Shown here: positions 26,268-36,395 of the stretch, piece after piece
Position numbering within the stretch: the first letter of the stretch is position 1
Layout of the letters: every line of letters begins with the position of its first letter
Assembly (NCBI GenBank): GCA_017475035.1
Contig: JAFVGK010000121.1
Coordinates: 13,015-77,014, forward strand
Length of the DNA: 64,000 nucleotides
Reading direction: 5' to 3'
Source of the DNA: Blautia sp.
Lineage (GTDB): Bacteria; Bacillota; Clostridia; Lachnospirales; Lachnospiraceae
Translations under genes and position numbers: made by a program
The notes under the pieces: generated by a model
Told to the model about the DNA's origin: nothing
The model's database searches: none
Seen by the model: the letters and a program-made list of their open reading frames with translations, nothing else

Positions 26268-27515
26268 ATGCGAAAAAAAACGCGATTTTTTTTATTTTTA
26301 CTTTTAGCCGGTATCCTGTGCCTTGCTCTGGGGGCAAAAAGATTTGGCCTGAATCCGGATGAAGAGAAAATCGATATCCTTGCGGCGGCGCAGAATATTC
26401 TGTCCTTTGAGCCGGCAAGGGTAAGGGAGCTGCGTGCGCAAAAAGTAAAAATGGAGGAAGAAGGCCATTTCGAATATTATTTTAAACAGCTTGATAAAGA
26501 GGAGCAGCGGGCTTATCGGGAAATGCTTGCAAGCTTCCGTAAATGGGAAGATGAGTTTTATCTTACGATATCCGGCAACGAAAAGGTGGACAAGGTTTAC
26601 CATGCGGTTCTGAATGACCATCCGGAGCTTTTTTGGGTAAGAAACCGAAATCCGGTTTACAAGACACAGTATAGCGGACAAAACTATTGTACATTTTCTC
26701 CCGGCTATGAATATGGAGGAAAGGACAATAAGAAAAAGCTGAAAAGCAAACAGGCAAAGGCGATCCTTGCGGCGATGGAAGAGGCGATTGCTGATATTGA
26801 TGAACTGGCGCCTCCTGAAGTCTCCGAGTACGAAAAGGTTGCAGCGGTTTATGAGTACCTGATTGATGAAGTAGAATATGTTTTGTCAAAGCACGATCAA
26901 AACCTGGCGGGCGTTTTCTGGAAAAAGAAAGCGGTTTGCGCGGGATATGCGGCAGCGATGCAGTACCTGCTGGAGCATTTGGGCGTATTTTGCATCTATG
27001 TGGAGGGAGACGCGGCAAATGCCAGTGAGGGTCATGCGTGGAATATTGTCCGTATCGATGGGGAATATTATTATGTGGATGTGACCAACGGGGATCAGCC
27101 TGAGTTCCTTTTTGGGGACATAGCTTCTATGCCATGGCATAAAACTATTATGATCGATTATCTCTGTCCTTTCCCTGAGGAGTATGAGGAGACATATACG
27201 CCTTCTGATCTTTTTGAAGTACCGGAATGTACGGAGACAGATTATAATTTTTATGTACTGAATAATGGCTGCTTTGATTATTACGATCCAGACGAAATGA
27301 ATTCGTATTTTCATATGCGCACAAATTTTGGATCAGCTGTGATCCGATGGAAATTTACAACCGAAGAAGCATTTCAGGAAGCGCTGGATCATTGGAGCAA
27401 ATCTCCTCAGATGGAAGAAGCGATTCAATATTATATGAGTGTAAACAACCTGATGCAGATCGAATATCATATCGGCACCCTGGATAGTTTCAAGACAATT
27501 TACTATATATTCTGA
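26268..27515 (+). CDS. Membrane-anchored or secreted transglutaminase-like (Cys-His-Asp) protein
   Basis: N-terminal hydrophobic segment; DHPELFW, AVCAGYA, HAWNIVRIDGEYYYVDVT. Confidence 0.85.
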   Translation: MRKKTRFFLFLLLAGILCLALGAKRFGLNPDEEKIDILAAAQNILSFEPARVRELRAQKVKMEEEGHFEYYFKQLDKEEQRAYREMLASFRKWEDEFYLTISGNEKVDKVYHAVLNDHPELFWVRNRNPVYKTQYSGQNYCTFSPGYEYGGKDNKKKLKSKQAKAILAAMEEAIADIDELAPPEVSEYEKVAAVYEYLIDEVEYVLSKHDQNLAGVFWKKKAVCAGYAAAMQYLLEHLGVFCIYVEGDAANASEGHAWNIVRIDGEYYYVDVTNGDQPEFLFGDIASMPWHKTIMIDYLCPFPEEYEETYTPSDLFEVPECTETDYNFYVLNNGCFDYYDPDEMNSYFHMRTNFGSAVIRWKFTTEEAFQEALDHWSKSPQMEEAIQYYMSVNNLMQIEYHIGTLDSFKTIYYIF

Positions 27516-27563
27516 CAAAAAAGAATCGTTTCTTTAAGAAAATCAGAATATCAAAATAAGATG

Positions 27564-27738
27564 TTCTGGCAATCCAGCTGCCGAAACGGCAAAATCATCA
27601 TCCGAAAATATTGAGGTTACATACAAAACTTCGTTTAGGAGGAGAGTGATTTTGTCTTCGGAAGCCCAACTGCCGAAGCAGCAGAATCGTCATCCGAAAT
27701 CGTTAAGTAAACATACAAAACTTCTTTATAGGAGGAGG
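27564..27738 (+). repeat. Two tandem family B repeats; the second supplies the RBS of the downstream membrane protein
   Basis: CTGCCGAAACGGCAAAATCATCATCCGAAAATATTGAG...CAAAACTTCGTTTAGGAGGAG and GATTTTGTCTTCGGAAGCCCAACTGCCGAAGCAGCAGAATCGTCATCCGAAA...CAAAACTTCTTTATAGGAGGAGG. Confidence 0.88.
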
Positions 27739-27744
27739 ACGGGC

Positions 27745-28488
27745 GTGACAGAAGAAGCTTTAACCATGCTGAGATATGCAAGGGAGGTTTTGGAACGTCT
27801 TCGATACATGCAGGGTGATTTGCCCCTGCTGATACGTCTGGCGTTCAGTTTTTTGTTTTTCTTTGGAATATTAAACTGTATTTTAGGTTATCGTCTGGTG
27901 CGGTTCTGGATGATGATTTTTGGCTTTTTTGCGGGAGCCGTTTCTTTTTTGATCGGGCTAAGACTGTTTGATATTACCTTTGGGGAACGATGGATGGTTT
28001 ACGGCGGAAGCCTTGCTGCCGGTCTTATTTTCGGCGCGATCGCTTTTTTCCTGTACAAGGTTGGTATTTTTGTGGTCGTATGTGTATCGGGAGGGATGCT
28101 GAGCGTTTATCTTCTTTATCCGACATCCTCGGCAATGTTTTTTCTGTGCATTTTGATCGGTATTGGGCTGGGAGCTGCCGCGATCTGGTTCGAACGTCCT
28201 TTGGTAATTCTGACGACCTCTGTCTTCGGGGGAACCTGCGCCGGTTTTTTTCTGGCCCGGCTATTGGATCTCAAGGAACGCCCCTATGGCATCATATGCT
28301 GTGTCGTTTTTTCCTTAATCGGAATGATGATCCAGATTTTGCTCAATCCTTCCGTTAAATCAGGCAGGCAGGAGAATGCGGATCCGGGCAAACAAAAGGA
28401 AGAGAATGAAGAAGAGATGGCACGTGAGAGGGCGCGGTTTTATGAAGAGTTTTTGGATGGGGAAGATGTTTTCGACAGAAAACTGTAG
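27745..28488 (+). CDS. DUF4203/TMEM198-like multipass membrane protein
   Basis: LNCILGYRL...GFFAG, ILTTSVFGG; about 7 Gly-rich TM segments. GTG start 6 nt after GGAGGAGG (the longer ORF start at 27646 lies within the repeat). Confidence 0.7.
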   Translation: MTEEALTMLRYAREVLERLRYMQGDLPLLIRLAFSFLFFFGILNCILGYRLVRFWMMIFGFFAGAVSFLIGLRLFDITFGERWMVYGGSLAAGLIFGAIAFFLYKVGIFVVVCVSGGMLSVYLLYPTSSAMFFLCILIGIGLGAAAIWFERPLVILTTSVFGGTCAGFFLARLLDLKERPYGIICCVVFSLIGMMIQILLNPSVKSGRQENADPGKQKEENEEEMARERARFYEEFLDGEDVFDRKL

Positions 28489-28594
28489 TTTACAAAAAAA
28501 CATTACAAATATGTTAAACTTGTGTTAAATAATCGGGAATTCTTTTGATGATTCATAGTAGTCTTTACAGACCGGCAAGGGAAAGGAGAACAAG

Positions 28595-29431
28595 ATGAAA
28601 AGAAAAATGAGTAAATGGATCATTCCCGTTCTGGCAATGGTGATTGCCGCGGGCATTCCGCTTGGCGTGTCCGCCGCGGACAAAACAATTTCAAAGGTTA
28701 TCTCATCCGGCGAAATTTACTATGTGAGGGATACCGACATTTCCGGGCATAGAACGACTGGAAACAAATTTGAAATCCGGGTATCCTCCTCCGGGGCATC
28801 TTATGATCTGATCTATGCCAAAGGCGGCAGCAGAGCATCTGCTACGGCAGGCATGGTCGTCAATATGAAAAAAAGCAGCGCCCACGATTGCGGGACAGCC
28901 TATATCAAAAAATCCGCAACGGCAAATTCAGGCATCTTGCTGGGAATCCGTGTGAGAACCGGTAAGGTTCAGCTTCGGATAACGACATCCAGCAGCAACG
29001 GCTCGACACTTTCCTTTCTGAAACGGCCTTCTGATCAGACACCGCTGGTTGCCTGCAGGGTTCCAAAGGGATATCAGAGCTATTATGTGATGAAGCGGGG
29101 AAACCTGAAATATATCGCATTGGTCATCGGAGGAATGGTGAACTCCGTTGTAAAAAGACCGCTTGATTCGACAAGATATGAACAGTATGCATTTAAAAGC
29201 AGCTACATTCTGAAATCCGTTTATCAGAATGGACAGCGTGTCGGTACATCTACAAAACTGAAATATAATACCGCGTATAACCTCGACGGCTATCAATACC
29301 GCTGCACACTGATCCAGCTCGCCTACGGTTCCGCCAGGAATTCAGGTGTTTTCAAAACAGTAAAAGGAGCGGCATGCTACGTATTCCCAAGAGATTACCT
29401 TGGATACGAATTTAACGTATCAAGAAGCTGA
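28595..29431 (+). CDS. Secreted, strongly basic hypothetical protein
   Basis: AAAGGAG RBS, signal peptide ending VSA-A; K/R/S/Y-rich mature part with no motif I recognise. Confidence 0.75.
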   Translation: MKRKMSKWIIPVLAMVIAAGIPLGVSAADKTISKVISSGEIYYVRDTDISGHRTTGNKFEIRVSSSGASYDLIYAKGGSRASATAGMVVNMKKSSAHDCGTAYIKKSATANSGILLGIRVRTGKVQLRITTSSSNGSTLSFLKRPSDQTPLVACRVPKGYQSYYVMKRGNLKYIALVIGGMVNSVVKRPLDSTRYEQYAFKSSYILKSVYQNGQRVGTSTKLKYNTAYNLDGYQYRCTLIQLAYGSARNSGVFKTVKGAACYVFPRDYLGYEFNVSRS

Positions 29432-29534
29432 CATTTACAGTACACGAAATCAGATTTTTTTACTTTCCTGGTTGTCTGACAGAAAGCAGAATTACATGAT
29501 TTGCTGTAAATAAGAAGTGGATGGATTTCTGATA

Positions 29535-29771
29535 CAGCTCGGCTCGTAACCGTGAGGAGTGGACAGATCGATATCACAATGAGCGATGCATTAGAAAAAT
29601 AATTGACGAGACTGAAACCGATGGGAGACTTGAGGTCTGAGGTGGCTCCGGCTCCGCCGGAGACATTTCAGACCTTTAGTCTCCCACGGGAGATGGCTCG
29701 GCTGTTATTTTTCTGCAGAGCGAATGTGACATCGATCTGGGAACGATCGTAAGCCATGAAGCCGAGCGTCA
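29535..29771 (+). repeat. Family A rod-like hairpin repeat, copy 2
   Basis: Colinear with 4498-4732; identical core GACGAGACTGAAACCGATGGGAGACTTGAGGTCTGAGGTGGCTCCGGCTC. Confidence 0.9.
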
Positions 29772-29817
29772 GGTAATCGTTCTAACCATGAAGGCTTCAT
29801 TCCATCCACATACGATG

Positions 29818-29855
29818 AAAAAGGCAGTGCAAAAAACTAATGCACTGCCTTTTTT
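29818..29855. terminator. Bidirectional terminator downstream of the ABC-F gene
   Basis: AAAAAGGCAGTGCA-loop-TGCACTGCCTTTTTT. Confidence 0.8.
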
Positions 29856-29856
29856 G

Positions 29857-31497
29857 TTAATTATCCTCTGCGTCAGACTCATTGACCGTATACACATGCC
29901 GCTTTTTGGCCATTTCATCGCTGGCAAGATAATCATCATACGTTGAGATCTTATCCACCAGAGTCCCGTCCGGCAGAAGCTCCATGATACGATTCGCCGT
30001 TGTCTGAACGAACTGATGATCATGGGTGGTAAAGAGAATTACGCCGGGGAACTTGATCAATCCGTTGTTCAAAGCGGTAATGGATTCCATATCAAGATGA
30101 TTGGTGGGTTCGTCAAGAATCAGGATATTCGCGCCGGAAATCATCATCTTTGACAACATACAGCGGACTCTTTCCCCTCCGGAAAGAACCTTGACCTGTT
30201 TCACGCCGTCTTCGCCGGGAAAGAGCATACGCCCCAGGAAACCCCGTACATACGTGACATCCTTGATTTCGGAGTATTGGGTAAGCCATTCCGTAATATT
30301 CAGATCATTGGCGAACTCGTAGCTGTTGTCTTTAGGAAAATAAGCCCGGCTTGTGGTGACGCCCCACTTATAATTTCCTTCATCCGGTTCCATCTCACCC
30401 ATCAGGATACGGAATAAAGTCGTTGTGGCTAATTCGTTGGAGCCCACAAAAGCCACTTTATCGTTATGTCCGAGTGTAAAGGAAATATGATCGAGAACCT
30501 TGACCCCGTCAATGGTCTTTGATAAATTCTCCACCTGAAGTACTTCATTTCCGATTTCACGGTTTGGGCGAAAATCAATATAAGGATATTTTCTGGAAGA
30601 AGGCTTCATTTCATCAAGCTGGATCTTCTCCAAAGCCCTCTTACGGGAAGTAGCCTGCTTGGACTTGGAAGCGTTTGCGGAGAAGCGGGAGATAAATTCC
30701 TGCAGCTCTTTGATCTTTTCTTCCTTTTTCTTGTTGGCTTCCTTCATCTGCTTGATCAGAAGCTGGCTGGACTCAAACCAGAAATCATAATTCCCTGCGT
30801 AGAGCTGGATTTTTCCATAATCGATATCAGCAGTCTGCGTACATACCTTATTTAAAAAGTAACGGTCATGGGATACGACGATGACGGTATTTTCAAAATT
30901 AATCAAAAACTCCTCCAGCCATTCGATGGCGGGAAGATCCAGGTGGTTCGTCGGCTCATCGAGAAGAAGAATATCCGGATTTCCGAACAAAGCCTGGGCG
31001 AGGAGGACCTTGACCTTCAGGCTGCCGGTAAGATCCGCCATCTGCGCATAATGAAACTCCGGATCCACCCCAAGCCCGTTCAGCAAGGTTTCCGCATCTG
31101 ATTCCGCTTCCCATCCGTTCATTTCGGCAAACTCTCCTTCGAGCTCGCTTGCCCGGATGCCATCCTCATCAGAAAAATCAGCCTTTTCATAAATGGCATC
31201 TTTTTCCTTCATGACCTCATAAAGCCGGGGATTTCCCATTATGACGGTATCCAGGACGGGATAGGCGTCATATTTGAAATGATCCTGCTGCAGGAAAGAC
31301 AGACGCTGGCCCGGCGAGATAATGACATCGCCTTTGGTAGGCTCAAGCTGTCCGGAAAGAATTCTCAGAAAAGTGGATTTCCCTGCGCCGTTCGCCCCGA
31401 TCAGGCCGTAACAATTACCTTCCGTGAATTTGATGTTGACGTCTTCAAACAGAGCTTTTTTCCCTACTCTAAGGGTGATGTTGCTTGCTGCGATCAT
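29857..31497 (-). CDS. ABC-F family ribosome-associated ATPase (YbiT/YkpA-like)
   Basis: Two ABC domains without TM segments; GANGAGKSTF, LDEPTNHLD twice, RFSANASKSKQATSRKR linker. Confidence 0.93.
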   Translation of the reverse strand: MIAASNITLRVGKKALFEDVNIKFTEGNCYGLIGANGAGKSTFLRILSGQLEPTKGDVIISPGQRLSFLQQDHFKYDAYPVLDTVIMGNPRLYEVMKEKDAIYEKADFSDEDGIRASELEGEFAEMNGWEAESDAETLLNGLGVDPEFHYAQMADLTGSLKVKVLLAQALFGNPDILLLDEPTNHLDLPAIEWLEEFLINFENTVIVVSHDRYFLNKVCTQTADIDYGKIQLYAGNYDFWFESSQLLIKQMKEANKKKEEKIKELQEFISRFSANASKSKQATSRKRALEKIQLDEMKPSSRKYPYIDFRPNREIGNEVLQVENLSKTIDGVKVLDHISFTLGHNDKVAFVGSNELATTTLFRILMGEMEPDEGNYKWGVTTSRAYFPKDNSYEFANDLNITEWLTQYSEIKDVTYVRGFLGRMLFPGEDGVKQVKVLSGGERVRCMLSKMMISGANILILDEPTNHLDMESITALNNGLIKFPGVILFTTHDHQFVQTTANRIMELLPDGTLVDKISTYDDYLASDEMAKKRHVYTVNESDAEDN

Positions 31498-31503
31498 AGA
31501 TCT

Positions 31504-31717
31504 TCCTCCCATAACGCAGTTTTGTACGTTGACTCAGGAACTGTAACAAAACCTTTACATCCGGCGCGTCTGAATCCGCCCAGACTGCGCTGCTGTTAAT
31601 CGACGCAGCCCGCTGCGGCTCCTTCCGCCATACTGCCTGGACGAATTTATCCTGCAGCATCTGCACAGGTTATTCTGGCACAGCTCCCAAGCGTCTTCGG
31701 ATGACGATTTTGCTGCT
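31504..31717 (-). repeat. Family B repeat split by an inserted family C hairpin; supplies the RBS of the ABC-F gene
   Basis: Minus strand: GCAGCAAAATCGTCATCCGAAGACGCTTG [151-nt insert, 31687-31537] TGAGTCAACGTACAAAACTGCGTTATGGGAGGA. Confidence 0.88.
31537..31687 (-). repeat. Family C rod-like hairpin repeat
   Basis: Shares GCAGGATAAATTCGTCC, GGCGGAAGGAGCCGCAGCGGGCTGCG and CTGGGCGGATTCAGACGCGCCGGATGTAAAGGTT with 43836-44020; ends GGAGCTGT/ACAGTTCC pair. Confidence 0.88.
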
Positions 31718-31819
31718 GTGTTCCGATGTTATCAGCTGGTTTTTTAAGCCCGGGTAAAAGGATAACCGGGTACATAGTTGAGAGTATAACGGATTTTGGC
31801 GTAGACGTAAACCAGAAAC

Positions 31820-31848
31820 TTGCTTTTTTTCTCAAAAGGTTCTATGAT
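31820..31848 (+). promoter_or_regulatory. Putative sigma-A promoter of aroK
   Basis: TTGCTT-17 bp-TATGAT. Confidence 0.45.
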
Positions 31849-31891
31849 GATATAAATAAAGCATTGGAATGGCAAGCGGGAGGGAGTGGCT

Positions 31892-32395
31892 ATGAATCTT
31901 TTTCTGATCGGATTTATGGGAAGCGGGAAAACGGCAGCGGCAAAGTACCTGCATTCTCATCATGGCCTGACTGTCTGCGAAACGGATCAGGAGATTGTAT
32001 GCCGGGAGGGAAAGCAGATCGCGGAAATTTTTGACGAATATGGAGAAGAATATTTCCGGCGCGCTGAGACCCGGCTCCTGGAGGAGATTTCGAAACAGGA
32101 CGGCCTGGTTGTTTCCTGCGGCGGATGCATGGCGATGCGGAGAGAAAATGTCTCCCTCATGAAAGGATGCGGCAGGATCATATATCTCAAAGCCGAGCCG
32201 CAGACTGTGTTCAACCGTCTTTCCGGTTCTCCGAATGTCCGGCCTCTCCTCAGGGGGCATATGAATACGGAATATATTGCCGGACTGATGGAAAAACGAC
32301 GTCCTTTTTACGAAGCGGCATCGGACAGAGTCGTTTCTGTTGACGGAAAAACGATTATGGAAGTAGGAGAAGAAATTTTCGCAACTATTGTTTAA
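31892..32395 (+). CDS. aroK: Shikimate kinase
   Basis: LIGFMGSGKT, IFDEYGEEYFRRAE, SCGG, RPLL, RRPFYE. Confidence 0.93.
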   Translation: MNLFLIGFMGSGKTAAAKYLHSHHGLTVCETDQEIVCREGKQIAEIFDEYGEEYFRRAETRLLEEISKQDGLVVSCGGCMAMRRENVSLMKGCGRIIYLKAEPQTVFNRLSGSPNVRPLLRGHMNTEYIAGLMEKRRPFYEAASDRVVSVDGKTIMEVGEEIFATIV

Positions 32396-32618
32396 GATTC
32401 TGAACAAAAAAAAAGAAAAAACCCCTCACAAATTTGTAACAGATGTGTTATACTAAATATGGATTTTCAGGGAAGATTTTTATCTTCCTTTGAGATAAGG
32501 TTAAGCGAAGCTTTTCCGGAGGGAAAGGTTTTGTTAACTGCATATATCGCGGCAGTATAGTTTAAACTAATATCTTTCGCGGGTATAAGGTACTAAACGT
32601 TTAAGGAGGATTCACACT

Positions 32619-35600
32619 ATGGCAAGAAAAATGAAAACCATGGATGGAAACCATGCTGCGGCTCATGCATCATATGCATTTTCGGATGTCGCTGCGATCT
32701 ATCCCATCACTCCTTCCTCCGTCATGGCTGAGGCTACTGACGAGTGGGCGACACAGGGCAGGAAGAATATCTTTGGACAGGAAGTTCAGGTTACTGAGAT
32801 GCAGTCTGAGGCCGGTGCAGCCGGTGCCGTGCATGGTTCTCTGGCAGCAGGCGCTCTGACCACGACCTATACGGCTTCCCAGGGTCTGCTTCTTATGATC
32901 CCGAACCTGTACAAGATTGCCGGCGAGCAGCTTCCTGGCGTATTTAACGTCTCTGCCCGTGCAATCGCATCTCATGCCCTTTCGATTTTTGGCGATCACT
33001 CTGATGTCATGGCATGTCGTCAGACCGGATGCGCAATGCTCTGTGAGTCTTCCGTACAGGAGGTTATGGATCTGACTCCGGTTGCTCATCTTGCTGCCAT
33101 CAAGGGCAAGGTTCCGTTTATCAACTTCTTCGATGGCTTCCGTACCTCTCATGAGATTCAGAAGATCGAAACCTGGGACTATGAGGATCTCAAGGAAATG
33201 GCTGATATGGACGCGATCCAGGCATTCCGTGATCATGCGCTGAATCCGAATCATCCCTGCCAGAGAGGTTCCGCTCAGAACCCGGATATCTTCTTCCAGG
33301 CAAGAGAGGCCTGCAACTCCTACTATGATGCCCTTCCGGCAGTCGTACAGGAGTACATGGACAAAGTCAACGCCAAGATCGGTACAGATTATAAGCTGTT
33401 CAACTATTACGGAGCTCCGGATGCTGATCATATCATCATCGCTATGGGTTCCGTCAATGACACGATCGAAGAGACCATCGACTATATGGCTAAGGCCGGA
33501 CGTAAAGTCGGTGTTGTCAAGGTTCGTCTGTATCGTCCGTTCTGCGCAGAAGCTCTTCGCGCGGCGATCCCGGATACCACAAAGGTCATCACGGTTCTCG
33601 ACCGTACAAAAGAGCCGGGCGCTCTTGGCGAGCCGCTTTACCTTGATGTTGTCGCAGCTCTGAAGGAAGACAAGAAGTTTGATGATGTCGTCGTTCTGGC
33701 AGGCCGCTATGGTCTTGGTTCCAAGGATACGACGCCGGCTCAGATTGTCGCTGTCTATGACAACACAACCAAGAATCATTTCACTCTTGGCATCGTTGAT
33801 GATGTGACAAATCTTTCTCTTGAGATTGGCGCTCCGATCGTTACCACACCGGAAGGAACGACAAACTGCAAGTTCTGGGGCCTTGGCGCTGACGGTACCG
33901 TTGGTGCGAACAAGAACTCCATCAAGATCATTGGTGACAACACCGATATGTATGCTCAGGCATACTTTGACTATGACTCCAAAAAGTCCGGTGGTGTGAC
34001 GATGTCCCACCTTCGTTTCGGCAAAAAGCCGATTAAGTCTACTTACCTGATTCACAAGGCTGACTTCGTTGCCTGCCATAATCCGTCCTATGTACGCAAG
34101 TACAACATGGTTCAGGAGCTGGTTGACGGCGGTACCTTCCTTCTGAACTGCCCGTGGGATATGGAAGGCCTTGAGAAGCATCTTCCCGGACAGGTGAAGG
34201 CTTACATTGCGAACCATCACATTAAGTTCTATGTTATCGACGGCGTTAAGATCGGTATCGAGACCGGCATGGGACCGACCCGTATCAATACGATCCTTCA
34301 GTCAGCATTCTTCAAGCTTACCGGCATCATTCCGGAAGCACAGGCGATTGACCTGATGAAGGCGGCCGCAAAGGCTACCTACGGACGCAAGGGCGATGAC
34401 GTTGTTCAGAAGAACTGGGCAGCTATCGATGCCGGCGCAAAGCAGGCTGTTGAGATTCAGGTTCCCGAGAGCTGGAAGGATGCCGCTGACGAAGGCCTTA
34501 CCATGGGTCATGCAGAGGGCGGCAGAGCTGATGTTGTTGATTTCGTAAACAACATTCAGGCTTATGTCAATGCTCAGGAGGGCAACAATCTTCCTGTTTC
34601 CGCATTCAAGGATTATGTGGATGGCTCCACTCCGTCCGGCGCTGCCGCATTTGAGAAGCGTGGCATCGCTGTCAATATCCCGGTCTGGAATCCGGATAAC
34701 TGTATCCAGTGTAACCGCTGCTCTTATGTATGCCCGCACGCTGTCATCCGTCCGTTCGCTCTGACAGAAGCTGAGGCAGCAGCTGCACCGGAAGGCCTCA
34801 AGACTCTTCCGATGATCGGTATGCCTGATTACAAGTTCACGATGACCGTTTCCGCTCTTGACTGTACAGGCTGCGGTTCCTGCGCGAATGTCTGCCCGGG
34901 CAAGAAGGGCGAGAAGGCTCTGGTTATGGGTGGCCTGGAAGCAAATCAGGGCGCTCAGAAGTACTTCGATTATGCCATCACTCTGCCGGTCAAGCAGGAT
35001 GTCATCGATAAATTTAAAGAGACCACCGTTAAGGGCAGCCAGTTCAAGCAGCCGCTGCTTGAGTTCTCAGGCGCCTGCGCAGGCTGCGGCGAGACTCCGT
35101 ATGCGAAGCTCATCACCCAGCTTTTCGGTGATCATATGTATATCGCAAACGCGACAGGATGCTCCTCGATCTGGGGCAACTCCTCACCGTCTACACCGTA
35201 TACGGTTAACGAAAAAGGTCAGGGTCCTGCATGGTCGAACTCCCTCTTTGAGGATAATGCTGAGTTCGGTTATGGTATGCTCCTTGCCCAGAGAGCAATC
35301 CGTGACGGCCTGAAAGCCAAGGTTGAGGCTCTGGTTGCTGATGGCGGAAATGACGCTGTTAAGGCAGCCGGCCAGGAGTGGATTGACACCTTCGCAAACG
35401 GCGCTGCAAATATTCCTGCAACGGAGAAGCTGGTTGCTGCACTCGAGGCCTGCGGCTGTGAAGCTTCCAAGGAAATCCTTGCTCAGAAGGACTTCCTGGC
35501 TAAGAAGTCACAGTGGATCTTCGGTGGTGACGGCTGGGGCTACGATATCGGTTTCGGCGGCGTAGATCATGTTCTCGCCAGCGGACGTGATATTAACGTC

Positions 35601-36158
35601 ATGATCTTCGATACCGAAGTTTACTCCAATACAGGCGGACAGTCCTCCAAAGCTACCCCGACCGGCGCGATCGCACAGTTCGCTGCAGGCGGCAAGGAAG
35701 TCAAGAAGAAAGATATGGCATCCATCGCGATGAGCTATGGTTATGTCTATGTCGCTCAGATTTCCATGGGTGCTGATTTCAACCAGGCTATCAAAGCGAT
35801 CTCCGAGGCTGAGGCTTATCCGGGACCGTCACTGATCATTGCCTATGCTCCGTGTATCAACCATGGTATCAAGAAGGGCATGGCAAAGGCTCAGACAGAG
35901 GAAGAGCTGGCCGTAAAGGTTGGTTACTGGCATTGCTTCCGTTTCAACCCGGCAGCAGAAGGCAAGAAGTTCACGCTTGACTCCAAGAAGCCGGATATGA
36001 CAGATTATCTTGACTTCCTGAACGGAGAGGTTCGTTATAATTCTCTCCAGCGTCAGAATCCGGAGAAGGCTGCAAGGCTCTTTGCTAAGAATGAAGCAGA
36101 GGCAGCTGCACGCTACGAATATCTGTCCAAATTGGTTGACCTTTATACCGAGGATTGA
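32619..36158 (+). CDS. nifJ: Pyruvate:ferredoxin/flavodoxin oxidoreductase
   Basis: AIYPITPSS, MQSEAGAAG, two CxxCxxC 4Fe-4S motifs, FSGACAGCGETPY, GGDGWGYDIG; codon choice looks like a highly expressed gene. Confidence 0.98.
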   Translation: MARKMKTMDGNHAAAHASYAFSDVAAIYPITPSSVMAEATDEWATQGRKNIFGQEVQVTEMQSEAGAAGAVHGSLAAGALTTTYTASQGLLLMIPNLYKIAGEQLPGVFNVSARAIASHALSIFGDHSDVMACRQTGCAMLCESSVQEVMDLTPVAHLAAIKGKVPFINFFDGFRTSHEIQKIETWDYEDLKEMADMDAIQAFRDHALNPNHPCQRGSAQNPDIFFQAREACNSYYDALPAVVQEYMDKVNAKIGTDYKLFNYYGAPDADHIIIAMGSVNDTIEETIDYMAKAGRKVGVVKVRLYRPFCAEALRAAIPDTTKVITVLDRTKEPGALGEPLYLDVVAALKEDKKFDDVVVLAGRYGLGSKDTTPAQIVAVYDNTTKNHFTLGIVDDVTNLSLEIGAPIVTTPEGTTNCKFWGLGADGTVGANKNSIKIIGDNTDMYAQAYFDYDSKKSGGVTMSHLRFGKKPIKSTYLIHKADFVACHNPSYVRKYNMVQELVDGGTFLLNCPWDMEGLEKHLPGQVKAYIANHHIKFYVIDGVKIGIETGMGPTRINTILQSAFFKLTGIIPEAQAIDLMKAAAKATYGRKGDDVVQKNWAAIDAGAKQAVEIQVPESWKDAADEGLTMGHAEGGRADVVDFVNNIQAYVNAQEGNNLPVSAFKDYVDGSTPSGAAAFEKRGIAVNIPVWNPDNCIQCNRCSYVCPHAVIRPFALTEAEAAAAPEGLKTLPMIGMPDYKFTMTVSALDCTGCGSCANVCPGKKGEKALVMGGLEANQGAQKYFDYAITLPVKQDVIDKFKETTVKGSQFKQPLLEFSGACAGCGETPYAKLITQLFGDHMYIANATGCSSIWGNSSPSTPYTVNEKGQGPAWSNSLFEDNAEFGYGMLLAQRAIRDGLKAKVEALVADGGNDAVKAAGQEWIDTFANGAANIPATEKLVAALEACGCEASKEILAQKDFLAKKSQWIFGGDGWGYDIGFGGVDHVLASGRDINVMIFDTEVYSNTGGQSSKATPTGAIAQFAAGGKEVKKKDMASIAMSYGYVYVAQISMGADFNQAIKAISEAEAYPGPSLIIAYAPCINHGIKKGMAKAQTEEELAVKVGYWHCFRFNPAAEGKKFTLDSKKPDMTDYLDFLNGEVRYNSLQRQNPEKAARLFAKNEAEAAARYEYLSKLVDLYTED

Positions 36159-36182
36159 AACGAATCTGAAGGATAAATGATT

Positions 36183-36236
36183 AACAGGGGGGTGTACCAT
36201 TGTTCCCATGGAGCATATGGTACACCCCTCTTTGTT
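36183..36236 (+). terminator. Terminator downstream of nifJ
   Basis: GGGGTGTACCAT...ATGGTACACCCC followed by TCTTTGTTT. Confidence 0.8.
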
Positions 36237-36395
36237 TGAATGCAGACGAAATAGTTCCAATGTCAGGGATTATTCTGAGACGGTTTTCGGCGAAGATTCC
36301 GCGTGGGTTTACGATAAAGCAAAAAGGACGCTACACAACAGCGTCCTTTTTTGCTATAATCACCTGGATATCTTGAACACAAAGGGGGTTAACGT

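Noticed and set aside
27646-27744. N-terminal extension MILSSEAQLPKQQNRHPK... and similar small ORFs (17543-17791, 31469-31666, 31647-31835, 43796-43984, 54106-54312, 61960-62148) as a peptide family
   Set aside because: They are translations of repeats B and C. Start positions and frames are not conserved between copies (the two C copies differ by a frameshift), so a conserved peptide is unsupported.
32388-32407. Rex operator upstream of nifJ (TTGTTTAAGATTCTGAACAA)
   Set aside because: The palindrome is 20 bp, not the 18-bp TTGTNAA-N4-TTNACAA spacing of Rex sites.
32670-34220. 516-aa antisense ORF within nifJ (similarly 47883-49052 within hemZ)
   Set aside because: Expected by-product of biased codon usage on the coding strand; no domain signature.
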